From NCBI GenBank assembly GCA_002269645.1, contig NIVC01003469.1, positions 32,377 through 96,376 on the forward strand: a stretch of DNA of 64,000 nt, in the 5' to 3' direction. Position numbers and translations under genes: made by a program. This DNA comes from Macrostomum lignano. Lineage: Eukaryota. Of this stretch, positions 34,021 through 43,160 are shown one piece after another. The notes beneath the pieces were generated by a model. That model had not been told where the DNA came from. It searched no databases and was given only the letters and a program-made list of their open reading frames with translations. Every line of letters starts with the position of its first letter. Positions within the stretch are counted from its first letter, which is position 1.

Positions 34021-35493
34021 CTAAATTGGGGCGTCACGAACAATCGTGCCATCAGCTTTAGCAATTGACATATATTCCTCTAGAAACAATACGTGGGCGT
34101 CGATTGCCTGATTACCGGTTTTATTAATCTCTAACATGTAATTAAGTCCAACATTGGCTACGTTTTCTTTCTGTGCCGTTAGATCATAAACAACCACTGG
34201 ATGAATGTTTAGAAATTCTGTGGGTGTGTACTGAGGGACGGCAAATGCTTCATTTTTGACATAATCTTGATAATATTTTATAAAATCATTAACATTATTA
34301 TTTGCTATGTTTAGATTAAGGGGGTCTTTAACCGGATAATATTGATCATCAACCTGCAGGCGGATATTCTGAACATTAAACTCGTTAATAGCTGCAGCCG
34401 CATTGTCTGTTGCAGTAGCTGCTTGTGCTGCTATGGCACCGGATTGAAGCCAATATAAATCCCCATTTGTTCTTTTACTCCTTCTGTTTGTTATTTTAAA
34501 CCAAACAAAAATATATCTCACCCGACGTTTTGATGTAATTATCTGCCACTGGAATGAATCCTGGTTATTATTAATGGTTCGCATAAAATGTCGACGATTC
34601 AAATAAAATATTTCCTGATCATGCGTTAACTGATTATCGATGTGTTTTAAAAGTGGGGCTGTTACCTCAATAGTTGGTACGACTAATTGAATTGAATCTA
34701 TACGAATTGCTATATCGGTTGAAATCGAGGTTCCATAAAGTATCCTAGGCTGATATCCGCCAGATATTTGCAACTGTATCCCAAATTTTAATCCTTTCCA
34801 TACCCGATTTGGTGAGAAGAACCCAAATAGTGGAAAGATTGAAAAGTCTTGCTCATATGCTGTTGCTGTGGTTAAAACCGCGACTGGGAATTTATTCTGA
34901 CGATCTATAAAACCTGTATTAATATCTTTTGTATTAGTCATGGTGGTTACAACTGGAACTATATTGGTATTAAGATAAGCTATAAGAGCTGCGGTATCTG
35001 CACCAGCTGCGTTTTGTACATTAGGGAAAACTACTGCTTGACCATTACCCTTATCAGGCATCCACCCAACATTATCACCAACTTGTTTTGATAAATAAGT
35101 ATAATTTAAATGTTTCAAAACTCCATTATTCTCTGCGGGATTTGATGCTGTCTCAACCTCGGCTCCATTAACTGACAGTTGGGCTTGGGAAAAACATTTA
35201 TAAAACCAATCATTTTCTATTATTATTCCAGAACGATCTGCGATATCGTCGGCTGCAAGAGCAGTTCCATCATTTCTAGTATACAACCATCTAACACGGA
35301 AAAATGCGTTTTTCATATCCAATATAGTGTTGGTTGCGCCGATGTCAAAAGTTACCGTTCCAGTAGTAAAGTTATTTGAATTATCACTTGTTGGTAGGGT
35401 AAAATTTAAATCTCTTGCTCTGACCTCATTAATATACTGACGGTGCTTTTTGAAATGAAATTTATCACTCCACATAGTTTTTGTTTCAGCCAT
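34021..35493 (-). CDS. MCP: Major capsid protein (double jelly-roll), 490 aa
   Basis: Size, position next to ATPase/penton, beta-rich; motifs F..AQLSVNGAEVE, F+YLNR, RYIFVWF, QYYP, P+VVYDLT. Confidence 0.85.
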   Translation of the reverse strand: MAETKTMWSDKFHFKKHRQYINEVRARDLNFTLPTSDNSNNFTTGTVTFDIGATNTILDMKNAFFRVRWLYTRNDGTALAADDIADRSGIIIENDWFYKCFSQAQLSVNGAEVETASNPAENNGVLKHLNYTYLSKQVGDNVGWMPDKGNGQAVVFPNVQNAAGADTAALIAYLNTNIVPVVTTMTNTKDINTGFIDRQNKFPVAVLTTATAYEQDFSIFPLFGFFSPNRVWKGLKFGIQLQISGGYQPRILYGTSISTDIAIRIDSIQLVVPTIEVTAPLLKHIDNQLTHDQEIFYLNRRHFMRTINNNQDSFQWQIITSKRRVRYIFVWFKITNRRSKRTNGDLYWLQSGAIAAQAATATDNAAAAINEFNVQNIRLQVDDQYYPVKDPLNLNIANNNVNDFIKYYQDYVKNEAFAVPQYTPTEFLNIHPVVVYDLTAQKENVANVGLNYMLEINKTGNQAIDAHVLFLEEYMSIAKADGTIVRDAPI

Positions 35494-35527
35494 TTTTTTA
35501 AGTTAAAAAAGTTTTTTATGTTAAAAA

Positions 35528-36199
35528 ATGAGTCAATTTATGGACGTTGATGGAGAGTTAGCGATTTATAAAGAGAAGCAAAGATATTCTGATTTTGTTA
35601 GAAATTTGCAAAAAAGAAAGTTAGGAATACAATTAGCTGGTGAAAGATTTGCTGCTCCTTTTGTTAATCCTATTACGGGGAAAATTAGTGAACTAGAAAA
35701 AACAGATAAAGACCTTCTGGAAAAAATTGCTAAGAATACCGAGCCAAAAGAGGATGAAATTTTGGATGAGCCGCCTACTTATGATGTTGATCAAGCACTA
35801 TTGAGAGTTGCAGAAATTAGGGCTGCAGAAAGGGGTAGAGTTGAACAATATCCGAGAGCTGCACCAACTAGTATTGCTGTGCGAGATTTAGAGAATAATA
35901 ATTATCGAATTGGTGGAGTTGTTAAAAATCGAAATGAACTATATAGTGAATTGGGCGGAGCATATAATATTATTATGAACCCGAGGGTAAAATTTAATCC
36001 TGAATTATATACTAGGGATGAATTAGTAAGTGCTAAAAATTTTTATGATGAGTTAGGAGTAAGAGCTGCTAAGAATACAAGTTTATATAAAAGGATTGTT
36101 GATTCTATAAATAACAAACCGGCTGTTGGAGAAGGATTTAAAACTCCACGAAAACTTGTTTTAGCTGCTGCGAAAGCTGCTGGACATACCGGTGTTTAA
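35528..36199 (+). CDS. Polinton conserved-type ORF, 223 aa, function unknown
   Basis: AAAATG start; ends GEGF..KLVLAAAKAAGHTGV, resembling the Polinton LLxASxxAGN motif. Confidence 0.7.
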   Translation: MSQFMDVDGELAIYKEKQRYSDFVRNLQKRKLGIQLAGERFAAPFVNPITGKISELEKTDKDLLEKIAKNTEPKEDEILDEPPTYDVDQALLRVAEIRAAERGRVEQYPRAAPTSIAVRDLENNNYRIGGVVKNRNELYSELGGAYNIIMNPRVKFNPELYTRDELVSAKNFYDELGVRAAKNTSLYKRIVDSINNKPAVGEGFKTPRKLVLAAAKAAGHTGV

Positions 36200-36230
36200 T
36201 TAATTAATTGTTAAATTTATTTTTTATAAA

Positions 36231-36830
36231 ATGGATGAAACAAAGATTTGTAGTCGATGTAAAGAAGAAAAGCCTATGACGAAAGAATTTTTTAGATGGA
36301 GAAATGATTCAAAAAAATTTAGAAATGATTGTCGATCTTGTGAGAACGTTATATCACAACTGTGGATAAAAAATAATAAAGAATATCTAAAAAACAAATA
36401 TCACACTGATGAAAATTACAAACTTATTATAAACACACGAAATAGAATAAATTCTCTTCTAAAATCAAATAATGGTCGAAAAAATAATCATACTATTGAT
36501 TACCTTGGTTGCTCAATTGAGTTCTTTACTGATTGGTTAAATTTCACAAAACATTATTATGTTCCAAAAAGTTATACTGGAAAGTTACATATTGATCATT
36601 TCATTCCCGCTTCTTCATTTAGTTACAAAGACGAAGATCAAAGGAAAAAGTCGGAACATTGGACAAATAAAAGATACTTAGCTGCTTTTGATAATAAAAC
36701 TAAATTTGTTAAACAACCAACCGTTGAAGAGTTTGCAAAACAATTAGTGTTAACTTGTATTTTTAAGGCTATTAAAAATGAGCAACCGAACGAAGTTCGC
36801 GAACCTTGGGTTCGACCAATTAGTATTTGA
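36231..36830 (+). CDS. Free-standing HNH/endonuclease VII-like nuclease with N-terminal CxxC..CxxC zinc finger, 199 aa
   Basis: CSRC..CRSC; RNRINSLLK..YLGCSIE; LHIDHFIPASSF..HWTN..DNKTK beta-beta-alpha-metal pattern, as in homing-endonuclease-like proteins of large DNA viruses. Confidence 0.8.
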   Translation: MDETKICSRCKEEKPMTKEFFRWRNDSKKFRNDCRSCENVISQLWIKNNKEYLKNKYHTDENYKLIINTRNRINSLLKSNNGRKNNHTIDYLGCSIEFFTDWLNFTKHYYVPKSYTGKLHIDHFIPASSFSYKDEDQRKKSEHWTNKRYLAAFDNKTKFVKQPTVEEFAKQLVLTCIFKAIKNEQPNEVREPWVRPISI

Positions 36831-38387
36831 AGGAGGATTATTGGACGTTCAAAAAGGATTAACAAGTTTACCACCAATCTTTACTACTGGAAAATATACT
36901 GGGGAACTACACCTACCATCAATGAACTTCACAGGTTAGTCCGTGGCCTGAGTGAGGAAGGCAATGTCCTTGCTAGTCACTATTTGTGGCGACATCTTCA
37001 AATTGCGTGAAACCCGTCATACAGCTTCAAGTACCACTTCAATTGAGAAATCTTTTGAAGGAACAGAGGTAACTCCTCTTCCCAAAGGTAACAAGCTTGA
37101 AGACAAGGTGGCAATGCGCAGCCAAGCTCCTAAGTATTTTAAATATAAGGAGAAGGTTCAGAGAGCAGACGGAGATGGGCGGTAATTTAACCGCTTAAGG
37201 TGTGCTCCAGCCTCTTTCGAAAGATTGAGGGTAAACTACCCGGCACTAAGTTAGATTTGAGATTAAATCCTGATGACACTCCAAAAGCTGATTCAATTCC
37301 CATTAACGGTATTGATTGGTTAGCATACTATCATGACTTAGCATACAGAGATGCTGATAAGAACTCACCCGAGGAAGCATTAAGATTAAAACATGAAGCC
37401 GATCAAAAAATGATTCAAGGATTAGATAACTTACAAGGATTGTCAATAGGCCAAAGATTAACTCGGTGGATGGTTAAAAAGATTCTGCAATCTAAAGTTA
37501 AATTTGGTTTGGGAATTAATTACAATCAACATGGAAATAATTGTGCTGAGTGTTTACTATTAAGTGGCAGTGGGTTAAGTTCTGATAAGGCAAAGATTCT
37601 TCATAAAGAATATCGAAAACCTAAATTTTATAGAAAAATCATGAACTTCAAAAAGAATGAAATTTGGTATGCTGATTTAATGTCGATGCCGAGCGACAGA
37701 GGATATAAATATATTTTAACCATATTAGATGGTTTTACTAGATACGCGTGGGCAGTTCCTTTAAAATCCAAAAAAGGAGATGAGGTTGCTGCTGCTTTTA
37801 GAAGTCTTGATGAAAAAAGCGAAAGGTTGTGTGTTGATGAAGGAAAAGAATTTTACAATCCTCATATGTATAAATTGTATCATTTTGAAAAAGGACAAGA
37901 AAGGAAAAAGGACGCGAATGGGGAGTATATTAATAAAATTTATTCTATTTATGGAGAAAGCAAAAATGCCTTTATTGAAAGATTTAATCGAACTTTAGGT
38001 AAGAAATTGTGGTTTCAGTTTAGTCTTAATGGAAATCAAAAGTGGGTAAAAATATTACCAGACGTCGTGAAAGATTATAACAATTCATATCATTCGGCTA
38101 TAAAGATGACTCCTCAACAAGCTTATATCAGTCCTGAAAAAGTTAAAGTTACTTTTGGAGAATTTGAAAAAAATAAAAAGAAATCTTTTAAGGTTGGTGA
38201 TTCTGTTTATATCTATAAATGGAAAGATAAGTTTGAAAAGGGAAGAAAAGGATATTGGAAAATAAGTGAGAAATTTACTATCAGTAAAGTTTTAAATACC
38301 AATCCTACAACCTATATAATTGCTGATAAGGATGGTGAAGAAATATTGGGTTCGTTTTATGAGAATCAAATAATATCTGCGAACTAA
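36778..38387 (+). CDS. INT: PLA2X-integrase fusion, join(36778..36936,37239..38387), 435 aa after intron removal
   Basis: Splicing restores GELHLPSMNFTG|PGTKLDLRL (PLA2 GPG loop), then HDLAY and EAD; integrase D (YADL), D (VDEGKEF), E (IERFNRTL); AAAATG start at 36778. Confidence 0.9.
36937..37238 (+). ncRNA. Group I intron, subgroup IC1, 302 nt, ORF-less, terminal omega-A
   Basis: Hand-paired P1 (U.G at 5' splice site), P2, P2.1, P3, P4, P5abc, P6, P7, P8, P9, P9.0, P10; P/Q/R/S-like motifs AAUUGCGUGAAA, AAUGCGCAGCCAAG, GUUCAGAGAGCAGA, UAAGGUGUGCUCC. Confidence 0.93.
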
Positions 38388-38397
38388 GTTCGAACAA

Positions 38398-38622
38398 TTA
38401 CTTAAGACAACAGGGTAGTAAATTTTTTATAACAAACAAAAACAATATTATTACTATTATTGTAACTAATATAATTATTGACATTTGTTCAACAGATATC
38501 AAACTTAAATTTTCATTAAGTTCATTAATCGGCACATTTCCGATGTAGGAGTAGTTTACCTTCATTTTTTTATATATATTTTTCATAATAAATGTTGTTT
38601 CTGTTATAGAATAATAGTTCAT
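38398..38622 (-). CDS. Small single-TM protein, 74 aa from ATG 38622
   Basis: AAAATG start; TM IIILVTIIVIILFLFVI followed by KNLLPCCLK. Confidence 0.6.
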   Translation of the reverse strand: MNYYSITETTFIMKNIYKKMKVNYSYIGNVPINELNENLSLISVEQMSIIILVTIIVIILFLFVIKNLLPCCLK

Positions 38623-38638
38623 TTTTTTAATATTTTTT

Positions 38639-38953
38639 TCACATAAAAATTTCAATTTCATTCTCAGAATCACTAGTTTCATATGAGCTATTTGTTGAGT
38701 TGGAATCATCTGAACGAACCTTCCAATCATCCGAATTTAAATAATCTCCAAGTTGAAATATTAACTCACCCTCTTGCTCTAAATCATACATCCCATCCAA
38801 CTCTAATGGATAAAGTTTTAGGTCGTGCTTGTCGTCATACTTTAAATAAACTTCATCAATTATTCCATTCAAAATATGTTGTTTTATTATCTCTGCATTT
38901 TTAGCAACAGTCTCAAAAGTATCACTAACAGAAAAGGTGTAAACTCGGGTCAT
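38639..38953 (-). CDS. Polinton acidic ORF, 104 aa
   Basis: ATG at the inner edge of the right TIR (AAAAATG); intact ORF. Confidence 0.65.
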   Translation of the reverse strand: MTRVYTFSVSDTFETVAKNAEIIKQHILNGIIDEVYLKYDDKHDLKLYPLELDGMYDLEQEGELIFQLGDYLNSDDWKVRSDDSNSTNSSYETSDSENEIEIFM

Positions 38954-39284
38954 TTTTAGTAACAGAAAAAGACCCTTCGCGCCTGCGGCGCGTGCGAGGG
39001 GTTATAGAGAATTGGAAGTGTTAGAAGTGTTGGGTACGGTACAAAATTGCCAGCAAACCAAAGCGAACGACGAGGGCGTATTCTCATAATTCAAAGAGAA
39101 TTAATCGTTGTAAGTGTGAAATGAGGAGATTGACCGAAATGAAGCGAGGATGAGAGAAGCGAGTTGAGCGAAGTGAAGACGAGCGATAATGAAGGGAAAA
39201 CGAGCCATTTCACACTGATAAAGGGTTAATTCTCTTTGAATTATGAGAGCGGTTTGCTGGCAATTTTGTACCGTAAATACTACT
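38952..39284 (-). repeat. Right TIR, 333 bp
   Basis: Reverse complement of 23324-23656 with 2 mismatches. Confidence 0.97.
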
Positions 39285-41651
39285 ATCATCCCTTCTCAAA
39301 CTCCCAAACGGTGACGCAAGTCGTGTGACCCCTCCTTCCCCTCGATGACTCATCGATGACTCATCCCCTTCTCTTGCACAACCTTTTCTCATGCCATTGT
39401 TCTCCTCCCCAAATTTCTCATGCGACACCCACCCCACCTCCGCTTCTATTGTTCTCGTTTTTGATTCTTTTGTTCTCTTTACCCCCACCAATGATCACAT
39501 TTTCTCCTATTTTCTCTTTCTATTGTTCTCATTTTCGCACCTAATTATCACCTTTTCCCCAATGTTTGCTTTTCTATTGTTCTCAATTCTCCCCAATTAT
39601 CCCCGATTTCCAATTCCTTTGTTCTCGACCCCCGCCCCATTGTTCTCAATGTTTGCTTGCGCAACACTTTTGCGACCTCCCGCTGCGCCAATTATCCCCC
39701 CACCCACCTCCGGATTGCGCCATTCTCCATTTCTCATGTTGCTATGCCGGTCTCATGCTTCTCATCATGACTCATTCTGACGTCATTCTGCCGGCAGCCA
39801 ATCAGAGAGAGGGAGCCATGGAAACGACCTTGGAGCGGCGGCTGGGAAGGCTATATAAGGAAGCGATTTCGGCATGAGAATCCTCAACCTTCGGGCTCCT
39901 CGTCCTTCTTTAGACTTGCTGTCAGACATTGTTCTGACCCATTCGTCTATAGGACGAACCTCTGCAGGTCCGCGGTCTGTTACCGCCCAGCATCATCAGC
40001 ATCGCCTGATCTACATCAGCGCCTCGTCGCTTCAGCGCATCGCCGCTTCACTGTCTGCCTGACTGCAGCCTACAGCCGCCCTCGGTCACTCCGCCGCTCT
40101 CTCTCTCTCTCTCTCTCTCTCTGTGCAGCTGCCGGTGAGTTCCTATTACTAATTTGTGCTCTAATCGCCTTTGCTTGTCCGGGGTTTGCCTATTTTGCCA
40201 TTACTTGATTAATGAGAGCTGAGCCAATCGTGATACCGTATCTTTTGCTGTAGTTTTACTTAATAGTGAAGCCGCCTAATTACCTGATTATTTGTCTAAG
40301 GGCCTAATTATTAACTATTAACTAACCTCATCATTATTCAATCTTTCACCATCATTTAACTCATGGCTTGCTAAGCCTTTCTCCCGGGGTGGCAAAGCAT
40401 AAGGAAGTTCGGGTAAGCTAATGGCCTCTCCCCGTGCAAAGCCCGCCTGTGAGTGCGTGCTGCGGGTCCGTGTGTGCGTAGTGTGTGCAGTGTGTACTGT
40501 GTGTACTGTGTGCAGTATAGGGAATTAGCGAGTCTTAGCACAGAATGGCAGCAGGAAGGTTGCAACCCCATGCTAACGCGTCCCTTCGCCCTGAGCAATC
40601 TAAACTAGAGACAGTAAATGTTCGCCTCACACTACTCTTAGTAATTAGAGCCGCAAGTCAGCATCGCTCACAGCCACAAAGGATCCCCTGCTGAGAAATC
40701 CTCCAGATTGAGCTCAGAGTTCCCGATCATGCCCCAAGCAGAGTCCCTGTACTAGGCTGCATGTGTCTCCCCTGTTAGCCTAAATCTCCTGCTGGTAACC
40801 AATCCAGGCGGGGCTCTAGCCTCGAGAGGTCTGGTAGTAAGATCCAGGTGCGCCAGGTCACATAGAGTGGTGGCAGCCACTCGGTCACACCATGACCGAG
40901 TGACCAACTATTACACCTTGGCTACAGGTGGGGTCCATGTGGGTCCTTGGCCCTCTAGTCACGAAAGCGCTACCAAAGCTATCAATCATATGGGCGGGAC
41001 AGTCTGGTGCTAGAGGTCAGTCAGGTCATTGCCCGGTCATAGGCAGCCTACGGTCATTGCCCCCTCTGGTCACGCGTTCGTCTCTCAACGGAGCGGACAG
41101 GCGACAAGGGCGGTTACATCATATCGTTGAATTTATTTCTCATTTGGGAATACAAGTAATGCCTATATGTAAAGTAACACATGTCGGAACCTTGAGAGAA
41201 CACAGACAATGGCTGGGCAGAGACCGGAAGGAGCCAGACAGGGACTGAACAGGGACTGGAAGGAAGCGGACAGGGAAACAAACTTACCAGACTGTACATT
41301 AGCTGATGGGAAAGTAAGAAGGACGAGAGAATGCATCACAAATAGGGAAAATAGACTAAACTGACTTAAACGTGACGACTTACGAGTCTTGTCATTCAAT
41401 TTTTTACTTTTTCTTTCTGCTTTAAAAATTTTTCAGCCCTTGGTACCTTCCTGTCTTACAATCAAGCCCTTTGTTAGCTTTTTCTGCTTAAAAAGTACAT
41501 CGATTTTTTTTATTCAAGGACTTCTTAAACTAAAAATACTTTGGATTTATTACGGAAAAAGTGACAATCTATGGTTAAAAAATCATTACTCTCTGAATTT
41601 ACTCTCCTGCCATTAACCACATGTAGGTTGCAATGGACAAGCTGGTCAATA

Positions 41652-42401
41652 TAGCTTTTTGCAGCCCATTTGGGCTTACGCGCATTGAATTTAATCTAAG
41701 ATATGTTTGTCAAAGTAATGGAGCTTTTGTCTATGGTAGCAAGGCTGGCACAGCGGCATTTAATTTGGTCCAACAAGCATCAATTTGGTCCATTTAGTTC
41801 ATTTGCAGCTCAGTCCCAGAATTGTGGACCATATGCTAGGCTGTTGAACGGATGTCATTGGCTTGTGATGGAAGCACTCGACGGAGGTGAACACCCAAAG
41901 GACATTGCAAGGTTGCTGAATGTAAAAGAAAAGGTGGTTTATTTACAGCATCCAGCAGCGCCTTGAAACTCTGCCGACAGAGATTGCCTGCGAAAGGGTG
42001 GCAATCGCCAAGGAAAGTTGCTCGAGAGCCTCAGGTCCAACTGCTACTCGATGCAGTGGAGACGAACCCTTTGTTGACGTTGCCGAAATGCAGCAGAAGT
42101 TGAGGGAACAGCTCCAGTTGGTTATCAGATTTCGACTATCAGCAGAGCTCTGGAAAAGCAACTAAAAATTTTTGGTAGAGACGCTGACATTCCAGCGGTG
42201 CGCAACAACCTGCAGACGGTTGAGAGAAGGCAAGAGTTTGTCCAATGGCTCACGCGTGTTTGGACCAAATGGATGCTTTTTGGACCAAATTAAATGCCGC
42301 TGCGCCAGCCTTGCTACCATAGACAAAAGCTCTGTTACATTGGCAAACGTATCTTGGATTAAATTAAATGCGCGTAAGCCCAAATGGGCTGCAAAATGCT
42401 A
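41652..42401 (+). mobile_element. Internally deleted Tc1/mariner (IS630-like) element, 750 bp
   Basis: TA TSD (41650-41651, 42402-42403); ~140-bp imperfect TIRs TAGC(T/A)TTTTGCAGCCCATTTGGGC; broken HTH remnant IARLLNVKEKVVY..LLDAVETNP..EMQQKL..STISRAL. Confidence 0.8.
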
Positions 42402-42433
42402 TACTAAACAACAGCAAGAAGATTATAACAAAA

Positions 42434-43160
42434 ATGCCGCCAATTTTGCTTCGATCGATACTGGCGACTTACTTTCTGATAGCTCTGACTTTAACCCTGT
42501 CAAACGAGGCGGAGGGTTGTCCTAGACGAGGTGAGGAGAATCAATTCATTTGAAAATTTCTTAGCTCGTATTTTTTAAAGTATATAATTAATTCATACAG
42601 TACTGACTCCGAGAGTACATCATTTTTAGCTAGAGGCAGGGGTTGTGTGCACCCTGGCGCACTTTAAGCGACATTGTCACACAACCGGCGAGAGGCATTA
42701 TTGCCCATTCCGCCGACTCCTCTGAGCAGGCACACAAGCATGTACACATCGTTAGGCATGTACACTTTACTGTGACTTGGGGGTTGGCCCTCGAGGGCGG
42801 TAATCGCACGAGCTGCAGAGCAAAGCCGAGATTCCAATTTAGCCACCAATTAATGTGACTGCACTTGGAATCGAGCCTGGGTACATTGGTGCGACCTTTC
42901 GGCGTATTACCACGGCGCTACCCATCACGTTACCACGACGATTGGAAGTAATATTTTGAAAAAATTACTGCCAAAATGCAGTTTCATCTTCAAACTGCCA
43001 TTCGCCCACCTTTGCAGTTAAAGGCGCATTTTCAAACCGGATTCCGAAGCCGCCGCCGCCAAAGGCGAAGTTCAACCCGGAGGAAGCGGGCTCGCACCTG
43101 GCAAATCCGCGACTCGCTGGACGCCTCAACAACAAGTTGCCGCCAGGGGCGGCCATGTAG
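42434..43160 (+). CDS. Secreted Pro-rich peptide, CPRR family copy 1, join(42434..42530,43018..43160)
   Basis: Signal peptide, CPRR, phase-1 GT..AG intron, then VKGAFSNRIPKPPPPKAKF... Confidence 0.75.
42645..42923 (-). mobile_element. Candidate tRNA-derived SINE; second copy at ~55530-55800
   Basis: Minus strand A-box-like TAGCGCCGTGG and B-box GGCTCGATTCC; body clearly similar to 55536-55797; related B-box segments near 44765 and 48615. Confidence 0.55.

Larger units (their letters stand above)
23324..39284. mobile_element. Complete Polinton/Maverick (adintovirus-type) endogenous virus, 15,961 bp
   Basis: Termini AGTAGT..ACTACT; 6-bp TSD ATCATC (23318-23323, 39285-39290); 333-bp TIRs with 2 mismatches seen; AT-rich, gene-dense; pPolB, INT, MCP, mCP, ATPase, PRO all present. 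Confidence 0.98.

Noticed and set aside
36231-36830. HNH gene as an intron-encoded endonuclease inside a larger intron
   Set aside because: The 5' splice site (P1 U.G) and a coherent 53-codon first exon lie downstream of or overlap its end, so it is free-standing
37200-37238. ORF-track start of the integrase (MCSSLFRKIEGKL)
   Set aside because: This is the intron S/P9 region read through from a GTG; the real start is ATG 36778
36935-37250. Spliceosomal reading of the intron using the AG|GTTAGT donor-like site at 36935
   Set aside because: Nearby AG acceptors (37210, 37223, 37229, 37250) all give the wrong phase, and none restores GPGT; the group I fold explains the boundaries exactly
23324-39284. 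Bacterial or phage contamination explaining the AT-rich island
   Set aside because: Bounded by TIRs and a perfect 6-bp TSD continuous with host-like flanks; gene set is Polinton, not phage
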